Origin: Antedon mediterranea
Taxonomy: Eukaryota > Animalia > Echinodermata
Length of the DNA stretch: 64,000 nucleotides
Reading direction: 5' to 3'
Assembly (NCBI RefSeq): GCF_964355755.1
Contig: NC_092670.1
Location: forward strand, 1,602,201 to 1,666,200
The position numbers were made by a program, and so were the translations under genes. The notes under the pieces were generated by a model, which saw only the letters and a program-made list of their open reading frames with translations, did not search any database and was not told the origin of the DNA. This document shows, piece after piece, positions 52,993 to 64,000 of the stretch (positions within the stretch are counted from its first letter, which is position 1; the number at the start of each line of letters is the position of its first letter).

Positions 52993-55900
52993 CTAAAATT
53001 CTTTCTTAACGCTCCAATTTGCTAAACTGTTTTTCTCAGAATCTGGACTTAATTTTTTCTTACTAATTATCATCAAAAGCATGATGATTGGTAGATGAAG
53101 TAGACTAAACCGGAATAGTTGCTTAGCAGAGTGCGAGTCTGCTTTTTGATGAAAGCGCCATGCCAGCCACGTAAACCAGAGGTTTATGGGTAATGTGTCT
53201 AACGCAAAGGCCCAAGTTGTTAATCCTATGACAGGTGCAAGAGTGCACAATCCAGTTATGCCAACACAGTGTCGCAGAGCTACTCTACGGCAGAGACCAG
53301 GATCAGTGGTTGCCATCATGCGGTACCCGCCACGTGAATAGTCCTTCCTTAAATTCCAACTCAAAGCGTTAAAATGTGGAAATTGCCACGCATATAATAT
53401 ACCAGCTAACACCAATGCACCTAAAACAAAAACGTTTATTTTTATTTTTTGTAAACAGTTTTAAAAATAAAAAAGAAATTTTAGCTACAAAAACTACAGT
53501 TTTCTATTTTTCATTGAAATTATAGACAAATAATCAGTCAATCAACTGGTGTTTTTAATGATAAAATAGAATTTAAGAACTTTTCTTTACCTCAAGAAAA
53601 TTCTGGCTTAGCAAGAGTTGACTGCACAGAATTTCCAGTTTGTAATCATGAGCTAATTTATAGATGTTGATGTGTAGCAGCATTAAAATATTCTTAATAA
53701 ATTATTTACCTCCTTGCAGAGATCCAGAAGAAGCTGACCATCCAATGAGTGGAGGGAGTGCTCCGACAACTGCCCCCACCCAGGTGTTGATTATGCTGAT
53801 TCTCTTTAACGGTGTGTACGCCATAGTATAAAGAGCCCAGGTGCTAAAGGCGATGGCTGCTGACAGAGGGTTAACAAAGAGGCCTAGGATAGCAATACCA
53901 GACAGTCCAGCTGTCATTGCAAACCCAACAGAATGCGTAGAACTAAAAAAAAAATTAATCCAATTCATTTATTTTCTAGAACGGCATATAATAGAAAACA
54001 TTGAATACAAATAGAATTTGATTAGCTTTTTGGTAAATTGTAAAAAATGATAAAATCACTGATATAAGTACTCTCTTTCTGGTGAAAAAAAAGTTTAACA
54101 ATAACTGACATTAAATAAGGCAAATTGAATAGAGGAATAAATCTGTCAATACTTTGACTCTGTAAAAACTTCAATTGGCCTAGTTACCCACAATAACCTA
54201 TGATATCAACAATCTTACCTTAAAAGACCACGGACTAAAACTCTATTTCTTGTCCTCAACATCTGGCAATCAAACGGTACCTCAAAAAACTAATTTGGAA
54301 AACAATAGAAACAAGTTCAGAACAACAACAAAATAGATTTTATTTTATTTTTCTTCAAAAATTAAACGGTAAAGCATTGATTACTTACCTGGTTCATAGC
54401 ATTAGCTGAGCAAGACGTCAGGAAGGTTCCTAATGACATAAGGGCGAAGGTCGTAGGTATGAAGTCACCAGATGACATCCCATACCCAGCCATTGCAGAT
54501 AGAACAACTAAGCCTAAATGAAAAACAAAACACATTACAAAACTGATAAGTGACAAGTTTTGATCCTCAAAATGGTTTCATTAAGGTATAGTAGTGCTAG
54601 AGTAAATATCTTGTAATTTGAAACAAGCAATATTCACAAGTTGTTGAGTGGTGCAGTCAGTAGTTATGAATTATCATAATCGAAAGGTAACTAACCAGTT
54701 AGTCTGCTCTTAGACAGTTGCATATACAAAGATGGAAGCTCACGAAATTGCACTTTATTTTCAACCCACTCTGAAATATCCTCCGTCTTATCCTTGTTGC
54801 CATCTTCAGGCTCAATTGGACACGGAACGACATGCGCCACCAACTGTTCACTGACTGACTTATTGTTATCGTCCTCAGTAGGTTCTAACCTTTGACCAGG
54901 CAATTGTACTTTATATAATGTTCTTTTTTCATTCAATTCTAAGATATTTTTTTCCTTTATATTTTCATTTTTCAATAAATATTCATTTTTCTTTTTGGTT
55001 ATTTCTTTAGTTAAATTTTTTTTATTTCTTGACTCTTTAGTTTCTTCTACTAATGCTTTAGTTGTTCCTAGTTGATTTGTTTTTGTTGTTATCTGTAATG
55101 AAAAATACAAGACAAATCAGGAGACACTCTATTAGAGATCCCACTAATAATGTAAATATAATCAGAGACTTCCACCCATTATGCAGTCTTCTCCCTCCTC
55201 CTCCTCCTCCTCATCATCATCAGCTCCCTCAATGGTCTCCAATTACAGGCCACATTTTTTAGACTATTCTTCAGAACATAAAAAAGGAAGTTTCTCTCTT
55301 TCTGATATCAATTATAACAATTATCATTGGTTAGTCTTACATTTCGAAAATCTTTTCTAAAAGTCGAACATGAAGTTGAAAAATGGCATACTGTTGGACG
55401 ACGACGTGATGATAATTGAAAGGCAGGATTATGTGAGGTAGATCTCCTAAGTACAATACATCGAATGTGTGAAAGAAGACACATCTGCTGCCAGTAAACA
55501 TCTAGAAAAACAACAACAAAAACAGATATGTACACCAGAAATTAAGTTCAGCAGCAATGTTTGTTTTTCCGACTTTTTTACTTTCCAAAATTCTGCTGGC
55601 CATTTTACACGAGGTCATCCTTTTAAGTTGTGTAAACATCGGTTTAATACCTTTAGTAGAGCTTCTTTCTTTGATTTACGTATCATTAACACATGGAACT
55701 CATTACCATTTAACATTGTTTAAAGCCCAACACTTAACACTTTCAAGCAAAAATATGACACACACATAAAAATTATGAGAGGAGGCAGCCTCTACGAGTA
55801 AATACTCTTTGCCTCCTTATTTCACTAAGGTAAGCACTAAGGTAAGCATAAAGTTAGTAGCGCGAAACTAATTGATAGGAAGATAATGCACTGTGACCAT

Positions 55901-57568
55901 ACACTGTAACTGTATCTTAATAATAATTATTATTATTTTTGTGAACATCAGCTTAAATAAAATTGTGACTACCATACATACACTCCCAAAAAGATTCTAA
56001 TTAGGTAAAAGTCAGTCTAGGCTAATCCTTCTTTTCTTGCATTGACAACAGAACAGTATTTTCTTGATTTATTTCTTTGTTGTTATTTTTATAATTCATG
56101 CACCATTCATTAATTATTAATATTATTAGAAATAACGTTAAAATAAAACAAAAAAATCCTATTCTGAAATCTACAGGCTGCTGCCTAGCCTAGCTAGGCC
56201 CTACCTATAAGCCGGGTATTCGGCCTGCCCATTCTCTGCCGCGACGCCGGGCCTCCTACCTAGCTAGTCTAACTTTTTTACCTCTCGTTCGTTGCTGCTG
56301 TACTCATACTGTATCATATATCGAATACAGATCACTCCGGCCGCGCTTCACTCCAGCCGCGCTTCAATCCGGCCGCGATTCATTCCGGCCGCAGCTATGG
56401 AGCGCCCAATGAGTCTTTTACAACCGAGACACGTTTTTTGTAGAGAATCAAAATAAACATTTGTAATCATACAGTATATTTTTTCTCTTTCAGGATCACA
56501 ACAACATCGCAAGTGTTTTAAATTAGGTCTAATGCTAAAACAAAATAATTTATGTGTTTTATCCAATGTAATAGGCTAGTATATTAATTGTAATGTGATT
56601 AATTATGTAATTTATTGCAATGTACCCTATATGTCATATTATTTTTATCATATATAAATTAAAATATAAAATCATTGTAAATTGGACTGTACAAAAATGA
56701 TATATTAATTCTTGATACAATTCCCGGTAACATTAATTAGACGGATATTTGATTATTTGAAATAAATTAATTAATATTGTAAATATTGTTATTAACTATA
56801 ACAAACATCAATAATAATTGATTATTTGAAATAAATGAATTAATATTTTACATATTGTTATTAACTATTTAGTAAGTATGGGTACTGGCAAGATAAAGTG
56901 TTATAAAAATAAGGGTTTTAACTAATTGTTAATGTTAATAAATGTAAAGCTATAAAAATAAATGTACATAGAAAGAAATTAAATATTGTTATTCAAGCAT
57001 TAATTAGACGGGTATTTGATTATTAGTTTATTATTGAATTTAATTAAGTTAAGTTTAGTTTGAAAGAAAAAGCAGTTCCAACTTCTTTGAATGTTATTGT
57101 TAATGAAAAAAGTAAAATTGTTGCTAATAAATATTCAACTAGCCTAGGCCTAGTAGGCCTAGGCCTAGTTCCATTTAAATTCACCAAGAATTTGTTATAA
57201 CAATGAACAGTATAGAAAACGTAGATATGGGCGCTCCATACTAACGGCCCCTTTGCACAGGAAGTCGAATTGAATAGCGGCCGGAGTGCATAACATCGCG
57301 CTAAACTGATAGGGCGGGCGACCGGAGTGAAGCGCGGCCGGAGTGATCGGCTACCCATCTAGTAGGCCTAGTACTAAAGTAGGCCTAGGCTAGCCTACTA
57401 GGCTAGTCCTATATATAGTTTAGGCTCTAAATAAAGAAAAAGGACAGATCGTGCATCCCTCTTTTTAAACATTGCATTCCTTTAATATAATTTAACTGTA
57501 TATTGCAAAAACTTACCATAAACAGCACGTCTACTTCGAAAGCAAACAAACTTCATGTAAGTCGCCAT
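52993..57568 (-). CDS. COX10: Protoheme IX farnesyltransferase, mitochondrial (heme O synthase)
   Basis: Exons 57568-57517, 55501-55341, 55092-54696, 54513-54389, 54289-54219, 53942-53710, 53420-52993. Motifs [72 protein letters not shown]. Confidence 0.96.
55590..55850 (+). mobile_element. CR1-like LINE 3' fragment in COX10 intron 1
   Basis: TRGHPFKL...[15 protein letters not shown] motif, followed by a short repeated tail (cactaaggtaag)x2. Confidence 0.7.
56330..57348. mobile_element. Non-autonomous TIR element in COX10 intron 1
   Basis: gatcactccggccgcgcttcactcc ... ggagtgaagcgcggccggagtgatc (25-bp perfect inverted repeat) around an AT-rich core; exact ends and TSD unclear. Confidence 0.75.
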
Positions 57569-57686
57569 GTTGTCGTCAAAAGTTCCGACCGACCGCCGTG
57601 TGCTGCTATTTTGACGACCGCCGTTTACTGTGAGGACCAAAAAAGTGTTCATCCTCGACTCGTTTATTTTTCTATTTTTCCGGTTA
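57569..57686. promoter_or_regulatory. Probable bidirectional promoter of COX10 and RPP21
   Basis: Only 118 bp separate the two divergent ATGs; locally CpG-rich against an AT-rich background. Confidence 0.65.
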
Positions 57687-58665
57687 ATGGCACCTTTAGC
57701 AAAGCAGACGAAGGTTCGCAAATGGTACCAAGGGAAACGGAAGCATCCATATAAAGATGCATTTCAAAGAATGAACTTTCTTTATCAGGTATTCCGCAAC
57801 AATAAATAAAGTACCTATCTAGGCTTAGTAGGCCTTAGCTTACCAATTGATATAAATTATAGGATTACTATAGGGCCTAGCCGGTTTTCATTCACACTCT
57901 GTACCTTATTTTAGATGTATGGTCGTTTCGTACTGAAAGTTATTAGCCTATTATTAGATTTAAAATATCATTTATGTAATTTTCTTTTAGGTAATATGGT
58001 AAAGAAATTTATTTTTAAATTACAGAATTTTATAATAATTTAGTCTTTTTAGAATAAAAAAAATTAAAAGCAAAATAATTTGTTTTTGCAGGCTGCTCAC
58101 CTGACATTAAAACAAGACCCTGAAAACGAGGAATTAGTTCGATTCTACATTCACACAATGCGAATGATAGCACAACGATTAGTACTTAGGATGTAAGTTT
58201 AATTACTGCAGTAATTGTGTGTGTTTTACTGTAAAAACTTTAAAATAACAATCTTGGACTCACTTCTGTCCAGCATTATGTACGATAACATATCATTTGC
58301 ATTGCAAAAAAAACAAAGATCTAATAATATTAATACATTTTTTTCTTTAGTGAACCGGAAATTAAAAGAACTATTTGTAAAAAATGCAGTCTTCTTCTGG
58401 TTCCTGGAATTACTGCAATTACAAGAATACGAGGTAAAATATCCTATGTGTACATATAAATTAAACAATGCCATAATTTAAATTTTATTCAGTGGGTGAA
58501 TGTAAATGTTTCACTTTTTTAGGTAAACGAGAGCACCATCGTGTAGTTACGTGTAAAAGTTGTGGCCAAGTGAAACGATTCAACACCGGTGCCAATCACA
58601 CACTATGGTCAGATATACCAAATGCTAGAATTTCTATGTTTACAGAAGATAAGGCTCAGAGTTGA
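57687..58665 (+). CDS. RPP21: Ribonuclease P protein subunit p21 (Rpr2/Rpp21 family)
   Basis: Exons 57687-57788, 58092-58192, 58351-58433, 58523-58665 give ...KDAFQRMNFLYQAAHLTLKQDPENEELVRFYIHTMRMIAQRLVLRIEPEIKRTICKKCSLLLVPG...VVTCKSCGQVKRF..., with two CxxC zinc motifs and the RxNFLYQAAH signature; AATAAA at ~58779. Confidence 0.93.
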
Positions 58666-59296
58666 CAACATGCATGGCTTTTAGATTTGAATAATATTTA
58701 AATCAACCAATGTTATTATAATATTGTTAGGGTGATCAATATATTTGGCACACACAATCTGGTGAAAACTCTAGAATGAATAAAACAATAAAAAAATATG
58801 TTTGATTTTTATATTACAAAATTTATTTATTTTAAAGAATTAAATTAATAACAAACCAATCAAATATACAAAAATAAACTTCATAGCAACAATATAGCAT
58901 GATCATGTTAAAGAAAGGAATGTTAACTTTCAAAATGTATTGCTAATGCTACATATATTTAAGGGGCTTTGCGTCTAAAGCATTAGCTTACAGCTTAACC
59001 CTGTTCACAACTTCAATTAATTTTGCATGTACTTTGTATCTGAGATTGTGAATAAAGTTATATATATACATATTTATGAAAGACCATTGCAGTCTAGCAG
59101 GCTTGAAATATTGGCTTATCAATAGCGGTTCAAGTCCAGAGGATAAAATAATACTGCCTAACATTATTCATAGAGTGTTAATATAATTTATTTAAATAAC
59201 AGTATATTACTTTTGTACTAAGACGATTTGTCTCCAAAATAAAAGATTTAGCCTAGCGTTTTTAATAAATGTTGTCCGACAATTTATTATGTCCTT

Positions 59297-64000
<4,704 letters not shown>

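Overview
AT-rich, intron-rich animal genomic DNA; a marine invertebrate such as an echinoderm is inferred from the fibropellin-like EGF/CUB gene and the repeat types. Five protein-coding genes were reconstructed by hand from GT-AG boundaries and reading-frame phase. (1) The 3' part of a + strand multi-EGF/CUB protein (<1-12951). (2) A complete polycystin-1 (PKD1) orthologue on the - strand (49725-18785). (3) COX10 on the - strand (57568-52993). (4) RPP21 on the + strand (57687-58665), which the ORF track misses and which sits head-to-head with COX10. (5) The 3' part of a GH31 lysosomal alpha-glucosidase (GAA-like) on the - strand (>64000-59297). Introns and intergenic DNA hold many minisatellites, a satellite-carrying Helentron-like element, a clean non-autonomous Helitron, several TIR elements and LINE 3' fragments. 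The top observation is two intact, diverged 132-nt copies of an active-site exon in the glucosidase, which are candidate mutually exclusive exons. Others are tandem amplification of splice donors and 5-bp CAGTA insertions that look like Tc1/mariner excision footprints. All coordinates were read by eye and no searches were run.
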